Translations under genes and position numbers: made by a program
The notes under the pieces: model-generated
Databases searched by the model: none
What the model was told of the DNA's origin: nothing
What the model saw: only the letters and a program-made list of their open reading frames with translations
Part shown: positions 1 to 13,972 of the stretch, piece by piece
How positions within the stretch are numbered: position 1 is the stretch's first letter
Layout of the letters: every line of letters begins with the position of its first letter
Assembly (NCBI GenBank): GCA_001643675.2
Contig: LSRY02000019.1
Location: 930,001 to 994,000, forward strand
Source of the DNA: Monocercomonoides exilis PA203
Taxonomy: Eukaryota; Protista; Preaxostyla
Direction: 5' to 3'
Length of the DNA: 64,000 nt

Positions 1-3000
1 GCTTGTGTCGCTGCGGCAAATGCAGCAGAATTCGGCAATTTGCGTTCATTTTCGTCATTCAATGAAGAAGAAGAGGAAGAAGAGGAAGAAGAGGAAGAAG
101 TTTGTGACGGATCACTGTCAACTGTGCAGTTACAGTTGCAACTGCAGTTTAAGCTGGCATTTTTGATTAAGCTGTTATCATCATCTTCTTCTTCTTCTTC
201 GTCTTCGTCTTCTTCATCATAATAATAAAAATATTCCTCATCATTTTCTTCATTATTAACATATTCTTCCTCTCCTTCTCTTTCTCCTTTCCCTTTCCCT
301 TCATCCTCACCTCTTCCATTCTCAATCTTATTTATATTCAAATTAATATCCCTCTTCTTGTTCTTATTCAAATTCTTATTCTTCCTCCTCTTCTTCCCTT
401 CCCTTCTCAGCATTTTCACTGCTTCTCTGTTAACTTTCAGTGTTCGAGTTGCAAAATGCATAAGATGTTTGACACAGCCATGCAACACCCTCTTCATCTG
501 GTGGGTGATTGGAGGAATATATTCATCAGAAGGTAAGAGAGAAGGAGAAAGAGAAGGAGAAAGAGAAGGAGAAAGAGAAGGAGAAAGAGAAGGAGAGGAA
601 GAAGAAGGAGAAGAAGGAGAGGAAGGGGTTATGGAACGAGGGGAAAGAGAAGGGGATGTGAAGGAAGAAGAAGAAGAAGAAGAAGATGATGATGATGATG
701 AAGGCGAAAATGAATTTCTTTCAGTAGGTTCAGGTGTCATTACATTCATTTCTTGTTCGTTTGTTGTTTCTTTCACAGAAGAAGAAGAAGAGGAGGAGGA
801 AGAAGAATTATTTGAAGGAGAAGAAGAATAAGCCAATTGTCTGTTTGCCATCATTGACAATGGCGAATGCATCCTTCCATTCAATTCTGGTGTGAGTGAG
901 GGAGATGGCTGAGGGGTGATGTTATCAAAGGTATAAGATGGAATATTGGAAGAAGAGGGAGAAGAAGAAGAGCAGGAAGAGGGAGAAGAGAAGGAGGAGG
1001 AGGAAGAAGAAGAACGAGAAGAAGAAAGAGAAGAAGAACAAGAAGTAGAAGAAGAACAACAGAGCCATGTTGTTCTTTCTCTGTTGGGACGGCTGCAGTT
1101 GATAGCAAACAAGGCAATGATTGTGGCTACAATCTGAGGGGTGATGTTCATTGAAGAGGAAGAGGAGGAGGAGGAAGAAGAAGGAGAAGAGGAAGAAGAA
1201 GGAATTGGAGAAGAAGGAGAAGAAGAATGTGAATGTGTATGTGAGTGTGAGTGTGTGCGAGAATGAGAAGAAAGAAAAGAAGAAGAGGAAGAAGAAGAGG
1301 AAGAAGAAGAGGAAGAAGAAGAGGAAGAAGAAGAGGAAGAAGAAGATGATGATGAATTTACAGGTGTATTTGATTTGGAAATGGAAAGAGAAGAAGGAGA
1401 AGGAGAAGGAGAGGAAGACGAAGATGGAGAAGGGGACGGGGAAGGAGAAGCAGAGCCAGCAGGCAAAGGAGAAGGCGAAGGAGAATGAGAAGAGGAAGGA
1501 GAAGGAGAAGAAGAAGAAGAAGAAGAAGAAGTTCCATTGTTCATAAGCTGTTTGCGAGTGAGGAGGGAAAAAAGAACAAATTCGATGTATTCGACAGATT
1601 CACCAGCAGAAACGAGGGCGCAGAAGAAAGAGGCGACGAGAGAAAGAAGAGAAGAAGGAGGGATGTTGGTGAGAAGAGAAGGGAGGGATTGGGAAGAGGA
1701 GGAAGACGAGGAAGAAGAAGGAGAGGGAGAAGATGACAAGGAAGAAGAAGCACAAGAAGAAGGAGAGGAGGAGGAAGATGATGATGATGATGTCAGTAAT
1801 GAAGGAGGTATAGAACCGAAAGTTGATTGTGTTGCAGTCAAAAACGAAGAGAACGGAGAAGAAGAGAACGGAGAAATAGAAAACGGAGAAATAGAAGAAG
1901 AAGAAGAAGGAGAAAAAGCAGAAGAAGTGAAATAAGAGCTGCATGTGGAGTTAGCTAAAGCAACAGCAGGGGAAGGGAATGCAGTGAGGGAAACGCAAGC
2001 GCATAAGGGGACGATAAACTGATTAGGATGAGAGGAAGAGAGGTAGAAAGAAGAGGAGGAGGAGAAGGAAGAAGAAGAAATTGAAGATGAAGGAGAAGAA
2101 ATGGAATAAGAAGAAAGAGAAGGAGAAAGAGAAGGAGAGAAAGAAGATGACAGTCCAACACTTGGAAGCAATGCGTTGTAATAGCGCTGGTCATATGCCA
2201 CACATGGTGAGTGAATATGTTGATTTCTTGCCATTTTTCTCATTCCACTTCCTGTTCTTCTTTCTCCTCCTTCTCTTCCTGTTTCTTTGCCACAGCTTCC
2301 TCCTCCAACACTTTGACTTACACTTGCGTTTGAGCTTTCACTTCCTGATCTTCTATTCAGCGATCTTGATACATGCTGCTGCTGTTGATGAGCCTTACAC
2401 ATCGCCATTGATGCTTCTTCTTCTCCCATCCCTCCTCCCACTCCCACAAACACCACACCCCCTGCACTGTCTGGATTCAACGGCGAGTTCTGATTCGACA
2501 CAAGTGAGAATATCAGCGGCATAAGCGACCGTTCCATCAATGAGCCCAAAGACACCAGCATCAGCGACCCATTCTCTGCTCCTCCACTCAAATGAACGCA
2601 TTCTTTCCTTCCCTTTTCATCGTGTTCGAGGAGAGCACACGAGATCTGGATGGCAGCAGCGATATGTGCGGTAGGGCGCGGCAGGAGCTGCTGCTGGAGA
2701 GGAGAAAGAACGTGGCTTAAGCCCGAAAGAACAGACTTGTCGAAGAAAGAGAGGCTTAATCTCCTGGCAAAGCGGAACATGAGGGCGTCGAGGCAGAGCA
2801 AAGCAGAAGAAACTAATGAATCGTCAGCCTGGCGGAGCAAAGAGCAGGAGACTTGGACGAGGAAGAGGAGCATGTCGTCAGAGACGAGGGAGGAAGGGAA
2901 AGGAGTGGAAGAGGATGTGGAGGTGGAGGCAGAATTAAGAGGGTGGGGATGGGGGTGGGGGTGGAGATGAGAATGAGGGTGAGGAAGGAGAGAGGAAGAA

Positions 3001-4049
3001 GAGGCGGAAGAGGTAGAACGGATTGAAAGAGAAGAAGAGGAAGAAGAGGAAGAAGACAACGATGAAGAAGATGAGAAAGAGGAGGAGGAGGAAGAAGAAT
3101 AAGGAGAAGAAGAAGGCAAAGGGTTAGGTGTGGAAAAAGGAGGAGAAGAGACGGGGGCTGTGTTAGAGGACAATGAAGCAGAAGCGCCAGCGAAGACAGG
3201 AGAAGAAATAAGAGGAGAAGAAGGGTTGAGAGGAGAGGAAGAGGAAGAGGAGAAAGAAGAGGAGGAAGAGGAATGGCGAAGAGGTGTGGATATTGGATTT
3301 TGAAGAAGAGAAGAAGAAGAAGAAATAAATTGATTAGAAGAGGAAGAGGAAGAAGAAGAAGATAATGATGATGATGGAGGAGGAGGAGGAAGATACAAGT
3401 TGTTCATAGAATTGGGTACAGAAAGCTGGGAGGAAGGCGAATAAACAGGAGAAGGTGCTGGTGATAGAGTGAGAGGAGAAGAAGAAGATGCAGAAAAAGA
3501 AGAAGAAGGAGGAGGAGGAGAATTCAAAGGCAACATATAAAACTGATCCTTCTTATTCTCTTTCTCTTTCTCTCTTTCTCTTTCTCTTTCTCTCTCTTTC
3601 TCCTCTTTCCCTCCACTCCCAATCTTCTCCTGCATTGATTGATTCATTTGATTCATTTGTGCAATTTGATTCATCTGCATTTGTGTCTGCGTGTGCTGGC
3701 TGTTCAGCACCATTTCCTCTTCTTCCTCGTTCTTCGGCGACAGAATGCGGATAACTGCTGCAATTGCCGCCAATCTGAGCGAATCGACATTTATCTTCTC
3801 AGCAATCGCACTGAACGCTGACTGAGCAAGAGAAGGAGACAAGATTGAGTGAGCTAACGATAAAGCCACAGAGAGTGTGGTGATGATGGCGTTCTTCACT
3901 TCTTGGTCGACATCCACTTCAGTCATCCGCTGGAAGAGGTGCGTGAAGAGGGTGAGGATCACGTGGCTGGGGGTGGTGCTGAGAGAGGAGGAGGAGGAAG
4001 AAGAGGAGGAAGAAGAGGAAATGGAAGAGGAAGAAGAAGAGGAAGAAGA

Positions 4050-4082
<33 letters not shown>

Positions 4083-7000
4083 TGATGATGATGATGGAGT
4101 TGATGATGAAGATGCTGATGATGGCGGCGTGTGGAAGGATTTAGGAGAGGAAAGGATGATTGGAGTGTTGTCGCTATTGCGTGTAGGAGATGTCACTCTG
4201 GTTCTGATTGCGGAATAGAAAATAAAGGAAAGATAACAGAAGAATAAATAAATAAATAAATATTGACTCAAAAAAGAAATATATTAAACATAACACCCCA
4301 TCTCCTCCGCTCTTTCTCTTTCCCGCTCTTTCTCTCTCTTTCTCTCTCTCTCCCCTACATACCCCAATCCATTCACCGCCTCCACCTGTTTCCCACAGGC
4401 ATCTTCTGAAAGCGCTGCAGACGCTGTGGCTGTAGCAAGCGACGCTCCAAACGGTGAGTCAGCTGACGAAGACACAAGAGACTGAGAAAGAGAGGCAATA
4501 AAAGGGGACATGGTGCGGATAGCGATGGCAGCGATCTTGTAGTGTGTGGAAGAAGAGCAAGCAGACATCATAATACGCATGATGGGCGAGGAAAAGGGGA
4601 CGATGGAGGAAGACGGAAGAACTGATAAGAGAGAAGACAAGAAGGAGAAGGCAGCAGAGGTGAGGGGAAGAGAATTGGGGGTTGTTTTGACGGAGGATGG
4701 GATGGTGCGGGTGAAGATGAAAGGAAGGAAAGGGAGGAAGAGAGAATGGAAGGTGTAGTATTGTGTGGGCGTGGGGGAAGAAGGAGAGGAAGAAGGAGAG
4801 GAAGAAGAAGAAGAAGAAGAAGAAGATGATGATGATGATGATGATGAATTGATAGAAGGAGAAGAGAAGTTGCGTGGAGAAGACAAAGGTGTTAGTTCTC
4901 TTGTGGCGATTGGGGTGGAAACAGAAGAAGAAGAGGAAGATGATGATGAAGGTGATGAAATGAATGAAGAAGGGCTGCTTGATTTGCTTGTGAGCGGAGC
5001 AAACAAAGAAGAAGATAATGTTGAATCAATATCAGAAGAAGAAGAAGAGGAAGAGGGAGAAGAAGAAGAAACAGAAGAAGAAGAAGAAGGAATAACAACA
5101 ATTGTTGTCTCAAATGCGAGTGGTGCCAGTTGAGTCAAGCATACAAGCAGAGCTATGCTCAATGGCTGGTTCTTGCATCGCCTGTGCCGGCGGAGAATAC
5201 GACGGATGAGACTGCGAAGTCTGTTGAGGTTACAATTCAATCAAATCAATATATCATATTCACATGCATATTCATAAATTATAAATGAATAATGTAGAAA
5301 TAAATAAATCAAAAAGAAAAAAAAGGAAAAGAAAAATATTTAAAGTTCAATGAAAAAGTCATAAAAAAATGAAATTAGTGTTATTTTGGGTTTTTTATAA
5401 AAAAAGGAAATTGTAAGCATATTGAATATAGTCAATCACAGGACAATTATCCATACTGTTTCTCACTCATAAACATCAGCTGGCAAAAGATATTCCTCTG
5501 CTTCGATGCTACCACTGGAGATGAATGAGCCTTTCCTTCTTTCCTTCGCTCTCCTTCTCCCTCACTTTCTCCTTCTTCATTCTCTCCTTCTTCATTCTCT
5601 CCTTCTTCATTCTCTCCTTCTTCATTCTCTCCTTCTTCATTCTCTCCTTCCACCTCTTCCTCTTCTCCACTTTCTCCACATTCTCCTTCTCTCACTCCAA
5701 TCACACTCCCATTCCCCACCACCCCAACACTCATCCCTCCCATCTGCCCCGAATACACACACGCACACGCCCCCGCACAGTCTGCCACAAACGTCTGTAT
5801 CAGCTTCACAATCTCTATGCACACGCTGTCCCTCCTCTCTCTAATCCTCAGCGACAGCAGCGGAAGCAGCCTTCTCCGCAGAGACACTCGATGCCCCGGA
5901 AACACCGCCACACACGTCTGCAGGCAGCGCACTGCATTCCGCCGGCACCGCCACGTTAAATCCCACTCCTCTTCTTCGTCGCTGGAGGAGGTTGGAGATG
6001 TGCTGCTGAGCTCGTCTGTTGCACTGTCGGAATCTGCTTCTGAAGAAGATGTTGATTGAGATGATGAATTGTTGCTGTCATCGTCATTATCATCGTCTCC
6101 TTCTCCGTCGTTGCTCTTCTTCTTCTTCTTCTTCTTCCCGTTGTGAAAGCAATCGTCTTCACAGGAACATTCAGATGAAGATAGCACCGACGAGAAAGTT
6201 GATTCCTCTTCATCTGCCATCGCTGCTGATGCTGATCCTGCTCCTGCTCCATCTCTCCCTTTCCCTCCAGCCATCACCGCACCCCCTGCAGCCCTCTTCC
6301 TCATATTCATGCGCCGCTTCCGCATAAGCTCCCTCTTCTTTCTCCTTCTCTTCTCCCGCATTCGCTCCATCCGCAGCACCTCCACCTCGTCTGGATCGTA
6401 CGCCATTGTCCGCTCGCAGCAGTCAATCACAGACGCCAGCAGTGGCTCCATCGCTGCCCCGTCGCACGCACACAGCAAACAGCGCAGAGAATCAATCGCA
6501 TCTGCAGCTGTTGCCACAATGTCCTCTTCGCTATCATCAGCCTCTGCTTCTACTACACATACCCATCCAATCATCACTCCAACCACTTTCTCTGCACACA
6601 CAGTCACTCTGCTGCCTACTGTGACACACAACACACAAAGCGTGCGCACAACTCCCTGTGTCGACTTCAGACGCTGCATGGCATTTGGAATAAGCGCATG
6701 AGACGAACCTGGGCCAGAGCCTGTTTGTCGTGACTTTAGGGCAGAATCAGAGGTAAAAGACACAGAGGCAAATGGCTTAAGCTCCTCCAGGAAGAAGTCA
6801 AAAAGCTGCTCTAAATGGATGTCGTCCAAATGAATTGCCAGCTGCGCTAAAGCAGCAGTTGCCTTTCTTCTTGTCGTTGTTGTAACGCTCGGAGATAAAA
6901 GACTTAAAAACAGTGCGAGAAACGTTTCGTGATCTTCAGCTATAAACGAACCAAAACGCTTAAGGTAGTCTGTTAGCAGATCAAGTGTTAGAGCTTGAGT

Positions 7001-7596
7001 GTTTGGTTGCATGACGAGCACTGTTAGTGGTTGAGTGGTGAGTGAAGTGAAAAATCTTGCTTGGTGCAATGGAACTGAATTGATAACTGTTTTTGTTCCT
7101 TCAATTGCAGCTGTTCTATAAATTGGAATAGGTGAATCAAGTGTTCGCAGAAAAGATTGTGATATCAGTTCGATAAGTTTGTGATCAAGTCCTCCAGATA
7201 TAAGGTGTGCAAGACTTTTAACATCAAAAAAGAAGGAGAAATAAATAAAAAGGTAAATTTTTAAATAAATAATTCATTTATACCAATTAAGCGCAGTCTC
7301 TTGGATAACGCCTGTATCCAACGTTTTTGGAACTAATGAACGTATCTATGGAAAAATGAAAATAACTTGAATAAAAAATTCAAGACAAACAAGACGATCC
7401 TCATCTTGAACTTTAAAATGTGAATTTTCAAATTCTTTGAGAAGGTCAAGAAGCCCCTGATATGAAATATCACGGTCAAGATGGTCGATTCGATCTTAAC
7501 ATCATTTTCATAAAAAAGTTTTGTTAATGTCTTGGTTTATATTAATAAAACAATTCTCACACCTAAAATAACCAGAATAGATTGTGAAGAACTCAT
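1..7596 (-). CDS. CAND1: CAND1/TIP120-like HEAT-repeat protein (cullin-associated NEDD8-dissociated 1); multi-exon, runs off the window start
   Basis: ATG at 7596, with short exons reading MSSSQSILVIL/DRIDHLDRDISYQGLLDLL and IQETALNC. Further motifs: LDLLTDYLKRFG, RRKATAALAQL, YDP, DLTWRCRRNAVRCL (cf. DMSWKVRRAAAKCL), RIRERRDSV (cf. RFKEREENV), HYKIAAIAI (cf. FYKITSEAL), DVDQEVKNAII (cf. DIDQEVKERAI). These occur in CAND1 order, with GT-AG introns. Exon boundaries below ~4200 are approximate. Confidence 0.8.
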
Positions 7597-8015
7597 TTTG
7601 CTTTATTTTTTAATTGGAAGAACAATTTCACAAAATAAATTAAGACCTGATCAAATTTTTATTTTTGAATGAAGGCTTATGATCGATTATTATTATGTTG
7701 TTTAATAATTGAAAAACATCAATAAAATGATGTTCATCTCATTTCAGAAAAAGCAGTACATGTGTTTGTTTTCCTCTGAATAAACAGAATTTAATTTAGA
7801 TAATTGAATTCACCAGATTTTTAACACCATTCTTGATCTGAAAATATATAAAAAGAATAACTTGCTTAACATTGTTTATTAATAGGCCTCTGCGACACAC
7901 ATTTTTTGAGTGCAATTTGTCGGTCGAGAAATTTTTCATTTGTCGAAAATTTTGAAATGATTGTTTTTTCCCTAATTTTGCACTTCATGGATATATCAAA
8001 GTTTCCTAAACTTCA

Positions 8016-8017
<2 letters not shown>

Positions 8018-8058
<41 letters not shown>
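8018..8058. repeat. poly-T tract
   Basis: About 40 consecutive T. Confidence 0.95.
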
Positions 8059-8563
8059 CACCATAATAATAATTAACTTTGTGTTTTGAAAACAAATGAG
8101 AAAATTTTGAAAAAACTGGAGAAGACATGTGAAAGGAATCAAACAGATTGTTGTTTTTTACAAAGTATAATGATTTGGAATGGAAGTTTTTTGGGATACC
8201 ATTGCTGCTGATGTGGATTTGATTAATTGCGATAATTTTAACGTTGCTATTTTAAATACTCGAAGAAAATTTACTCATGAATAAGAATTATTCTATTCAT
8301 CATCTTCTTCTTCCTCCTCTTCAATTTCACCAGTTCATTTGCTTCCGCCCGCTTCATCACAGCCATCTTCCATTGACACTCAATTTCCATTTCATTCCAC
8401 TTCATCACAGCATTTCACATTACACTCCTCAACTCCATCTTTCATATCACAAGTGCCTTAACTTTCTCTTTCTCCTCCTTCTCTTCCTTTTCTTCTCCTT
8501 CTTTCCCTCTCTCTTTCTTTCTCTTTCTTCCTTTCTCTTTCTTTCTTTCTCTTTCTTCCTTTC

Positions 8564-8599
<36 letters not shown>

Positions 8600-9205
8600 T
8601 CCTTCTCCCACGCAATTCTTCCAACTCTCCTCTTCCTCCTCCTCTTCCTCAAATCTTCCTTTCTCTTCATCTCAAACATTTCCTCGGCAAAATCAGAAGA
8701 AAACTAACTTTCGTATGCTTTTCCATCGTTTTTGAGAAGAATTCTATTTCATCTTCATCATTTTCTTCAAAACAATAAAGAAAATGAAAATTTTTCTTTT
8801 TTTCTTTTTTTGTTTTGTTTTCTGTGTGAAAGAAGAAGAATGAAAAAAAAAAAAAAAGAATTTCTTAAAAGAATTTTATCTTATACTCCATTTTCGATTT
8901 TTTTCTTCTTTTATTTCATCATCATCATCTCTTTCCTCTTTTTCTTCCATTTGTTTCTCTCTTTCTCATAGTTGTGCTTATTTCAAGCAGCATCAATGTG
9001 TCGAAGTGTATTTTTGAATAGCCAAAAAGATATTGTGAGAAGAGGTTTACTCGCTTTTTGCTGAAATGACTGATCATTCACTGAAACTTCTGCATATTTC
9101 CTTTTTTATTCTTAGGCGACAAAAAAAGTGTGTTGTTATTTTTCTTATTTGATTTATTCGATTTTTAAACTATAAAGCTGTCATATGGTTCGCTGCAAGT
9201 GATAT

Positions 9206-11944
9206 TTGTTCAAGCATGTCTTTGTGTTTAATGTTTGTTGTTTTGCTAATTTGCGTCATTGTTCAAAAAATGACTGTTTTTTTCTGTTTTTCAGCCAATC
9301 TCCTTCCAATTCAAGAATCAGAACTGACTTTCACATTTGTTTAACAAAAGATGGTTGCAAAGCTCATGAATGTGTTTCTTTTGTATATGATCATCAACGA
9401 GCGAAATGGATCGTTGTCACAGATGGGCGTCGTATCGCCAGCGCATTGAGTGATTTAAAAGCAGACGATGAAGAAAGAATTGCTCGAGCAAAAAGACTTC
9501 ATTGAAGCAGAGCCAGCAGAACTGGATCCTTCGCGAAAGAAAAAGAAAGCAGAAGAACAAAATGCTGATGAAAGCGGAGCTGAAAACATGGAAGAGTTAG
9601 AAGAAGACTGAAATCCAAAATAAAGAAGTGACAAATTTTCATCAAAATGACAAGTGAAAGACAAAAGAACTAGGAAAATGAAGACGAGCCAGTTGAAAGA
9701 AAAAAAGAAAAAGAAAGAAAAAAAGAAAAATGAAAGAGAATGCTTCATTCTAAAGCAGAAAAACTCCTCAAGTTCTGATTTTGAAGCGGACATTGAATCT
9801 TATGATATCGGTCCTGGAAGAATCAGAAGAAGAAGAAATGAAAGAGAAGCAAAAGATTATCGAAACCTTCACAAAGGAAAATATTTAATAGCAGAAAATA
9901 GCAAAAGGAAATGCTGATAAGAAAGCAACTTAAAAGAAGAAGAAGAAAAGCAAGCAGTGAAAAAAACAAATTCATATTTGAAGCGAAAGAAATCGAAGAT
10001 AAAAGGAAGGATATCATATGAGGGAAGTGACGAAGATGATGAAGACGACATGAACATGACAAAAAAGAAGAGTGTAACAAGAAGAAGAAGAAGAAGAAGA
10101 GGGAAAGGGAAAAGGAGTAGGAGAAGAAGAAGAAGAAGGGTGGGCAGATGAAAAGAACAAATTCACATTTGAAGAGAAAGAAATCGAAGATAAAAGGAAG
10201 GATATCATATGAGGGAAGCGAAGAAGAGGAAGAGGAAGATAACGAAGGAGAGTATGAAAGAAATGAAGAAGAAGAAGAAGATTATGATGACGATGAAGGC
10301 AAAGAAAGCGAAGAAGACGAGGAAGCAACGCCAAGCGAAGAGAACAAGTTCGAAGATCTGTCGAAGTCGAAGTCGAAGTCAAAAATAAAATACGTTCCCT
10401 TTCTTGGTTCATCCTGGCTGGATCAGAGTTTTTGGGAGCTTGGCGACTTCTGCGAACAGCCCAGCATTACAGAAAAGGAGCAGACAAAAGAGAGGAACCA
10501 AGATTTCAGCTTCTGCACACTCTTTCTTTCGTTCTTCCCTTCTGATTGTCGCACTATTTGTGCAGTTGTGACACAGCGCCCGCTCTTCTTTGAAAACCTC
10601 TTTGCGAATCCAATTGAAGTTGTGCATCCGACACTGAAATTGGAGAATGTTTGTGGGAAGATGGATGTATCACTCGAAGAGCAGATCAGAACAAAAGTGA
10701 ATTTCATCAGACTGGTAGAGAATAAAATAGACAATTGTTTGTGCTTTTGAAGCGATTATGTTCAATAATTCATTTACATTAACTTCTTATTTTTATTTTT
10801 TGTTTATTCATAAATTTAATTTTTCCCATCAGATGATCAGTCTGTCACCATCCTCTCCCGCACCCTTCGTGTTTTCGTGTACAACACCCACAAAATGCTG
10901 TCTAAAAAGCCTCTTTCGAATTTTCTTGTGAAAGGCAAAGCTTCTTCGATGCAACTCAAAGATGGAAAAAAGATGAACATTGTCAATTACTTCCCTCCTT
11001 CAAAAGCCAAAAAAACATCTTTTGTTCGCTTTTGCTGTCCACATCAGCTTTTGACACTGATATTTAAAGTTGAATTTGAACTGCTCATTCCGATCCCACT
11101 TCCCCATCTACCTGTTTCAGACGGCTCTTTTTTCTTTTCGAAGGAAGGTAGATTTGGATATGAAGCGCCAAAAGTGATGATTTCAGATAAGGAAAAGAGG
11201 AAAATATGTGTCGTGTGGAAGGAATTCAGGCCATTGAGGCGAGTTCGGAGAGAGAGAGAGAGATAAAAAAGAGGAAGGAGACGAGGAAGATGGAGAAGAG
11301 GGATAGAGATAATGATGAGGATGAAAGTGACGATGATGAAAGCGATGAAGAAGATGATTACGATGATGATGACGATAATGAAGCATTTAACAAGCCAAGC
11401 AAATAAAAACTTTCGCGGAAGCAAGAGAAAAAACTCAAGCAAAAAAACACTTTTCCTTCATCGTCCTCTTTTCTCTTCTTCTTCTTCTTCATTGTCTTCT
11501 TCTCGTCCTCTTTCTCATTCTCTTTCTATCTCTCAAAGAGAAAGAGAACAAACAAGAGGAAGAATGCAAAGTGGAACAGCAAAATACTCTCAATAATCAG
11601 CAAATGATTTAATCTTGTGGCAAAACATCGTTTTGAATGAAATGATGCTGAGAGGAGACAAACCAACAAGCATCATTTCTTCTTCCTTTTCCTCTTTCTC
11701 CACCTCTTCTTCTGCTCCTTTATCTTTATCTTCATCATCATCATCTTCTTCTTCTTCTTCATTGTCTTCTTCTTCCACTTCTTCCTCTTCATCACATTCT
11801 CATTCTTCCCCCTTTGCCTTCTCTCTTCTTTCAAACAATTTCTTTCCGATAAATGCAATGTTCTTCACTCCATCAGACTATTTTATCATTTCTGCAACCT
11901 TATTTTCCAAAGTCCACTTAGGCTTCGCATTCAGCTCCGTCTGA
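9206..11944 (+). pseudogene. Fragmented hypothetical gene with acidic and Ser-rich low-complexity segments
   Basis: Series of same-strand ORFs (9206-9505, 10148-10750, 10877-11266, 11615-11944) with intron-like AT stretches and stops. Internal direct repeat at ~9957-10027 / ~10148-10218. Confidence 0.4.
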
Positions 11945-12991
11945 TCCTTCATCACCATTGCAGTTTCCTAATTTTCATGTCATCTCGCTCACGCACTCCA
12001 ATAGAGTGACATTTCATTCTCTGGATAATACGGAATTATCTGAACTTCGTTTCATTCACTTTTTTTGTTTAGAAAATAAAATTCCTTCACAAATGTATTA
12101 TCACCGTTTCATGAAACAGAAAAAGAATCGCATCATACGTTTTTGTGCAAATTTTAACTTTGTACAAAAGATTTTTTCAACTGTTAGTTACAATAATAGT
12201 CTTCAAACAACCATTTTATCGATTCATAAAATTGCCACAACAATCAAATGTTATTTTTGAAACGATGATCAAATTTGTATTAAAAATCAAAACCAAAAAG
12301 ATAAAAGAGAATTGTTTGAAATACGCTTAACCCCATTTCCTTATATAAATAATAATCAAAAAGCCTTGTTTGAGCAATGCAACATTTGCAATAAAATTTA
12401 ACCAAATCATTGAACTTCAAAATAAGAAATCAAAGCAAGCATGAATCAAAAATGAAAAAAAGTGAAATCTTTAAGTGAGTGAAAGTCTCAAAATAAAAAA
12501 TAATAAACTATTGTTAAAAAATCATTTAAACACATTTATATCTTCCAACTCGACTGATCTTTGACAAACGACTGATCTTTGTCGTTCGACTGATCTCTAC
12601 AAAGATCTGTCGATAATTCATTTTTATTATTAGAATTTCAGAAAAAAAAAGAAAAAATTATGATCATTCATTTCCTTATAAAATAATTTACATTTATAAA
12701 TAAAAAAATATTGAAAAAGATTTTATTTCATTTTTTTCTAAAAAAAATTTTATATTTTATATTTTTTAATATCCAAAAAATATAAACTCGTTAAAATTGT
12801 CGGTCGAGTTGTCGAGTTGTCGAGTTGTTTTGAAAATGTCGGTCTGTCGCAGAGGCCTAGTTACACCTATGCCATTTTTTTGTGCAAAAAAATATTTTCT
12901 GGAAAAATAAATTAAAATATTTAATTTTTTTGAGCTTAAACGAAACTTTTTAATTTCAAAATATTACTAACGCGAAATTTTTTTCCATGGA

Positions 12992-13389
12992 CAGTTTGTG
13001 CAAAAAATACAGGACATCGCAAAAAATACCGGACAAGATCGATATCTCAATTACAGCAAGAAGAAAATTTCTGTTAAATTTCCTCAACACACATCTCGTC
13101 TGCACAAACTCAATTGATAATGAGACTTTTAAAAATCGCCTCATTCGTACTCAGAGTTATTATTATTTTTAATATTTCGGAGAAATAGGATTTTGAGTTT
13201 CTCCGAGATTTCGATATATATTTTTTCTGAGCATAAACGAGGAAGAAATGAAAGTCTTGTATGTCACGTGAGTTTGTATTGATGAGATATATTTTGAGGA
13301 AAATTGTCAGAATTATTCCTCTTGCAGTTATTGAGATATCGATCTTGTCCGGTATTTTTTGCGATGTCCTGTATTTTTTGTACAAACTG
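12992..13389. mobile_element. MITE with ~120-bp TIRs starting CAGTTTGT (Tc1/mariner-like terminus)
   Basis: CAGTTTGTGCAAAAAATACAGGACATCGCAAAAAATACCGGACAAGATCGATATCTCAA at 12992 is mirrored at ~13268-13389. No intact TA target-site duplication. Confidence 0.8.
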
Positions 13390-13513
13390 AACGTCAGAAC
13401 TGTAAAACTTCTCGTCAGAATTCATTACGTCACACAGGTTTATCAATAATTCAAAATGCAAATATAATAAAACACAAATACAAATAAGCAAAAAAAAAAA
13501 AACAGGTTTTTCG

Positions 13514-13560
<47 letters not shown>
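13514..13560. repeat. poly-A tract
   Basis: About 47 consecutive A. Confidence 0.95.
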
Positions 13561-13562
<2 letters not shown>

Positions 13563-13972
13563 AAAATTCAAATTTGACATTTTATGATCATGGGACCGTC
13601 AATGAAGTTAGGAAGTGTCAAAGGAGTCAGTATCTGGCTGGGAAGAAAGTTTTAATTTTTTTATGAAACATTGTTAAGTTTGAAGAATAAAGTGAAATGA
13701 ATAAATAAATAAAAATTAATTTATGAAACGAAATCCCCAAAAATCAGTGAAAAATAAAAAATTCATTTAAAAAAAAACCTTCACTGACGCAGATTTCAAA
13801 TAACTGACGGACAAGACATAAAATATTTTATCTGTGACTCAAATTTAAATTAGAACTACAATAAATTGAAAACTGGCAGTTATTAAAAGGCGAAAAAGTG
13901 ATCACACTCATTATCCAAAAATTGAAAATAAAGTATTTCAACTTTCGATTTAATTACAACTGAAGCAATTGA

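Larger units (their letters stand above)
7883..12859. mobile_element. Putative TIR-bounded DNA element (~5 kb) carrying a degenerate low-complexity gene
   Basis: Perfect 15-bp inverted repeat TAGGCCTCTGCGACA (7883-7897) / TGTCGCAGAGGCCTA (12845-12859). A TTGTCGGTCGAG motif occurs near both ends. No transposase recognised inside. Confidence 0.5.

Noticed and set aside
40-5133. Plus-strand poly-Glu/Lys/Arg ORFs
   Set aside because: Microsatellite-derived antisense frames of the CAND1 gene.
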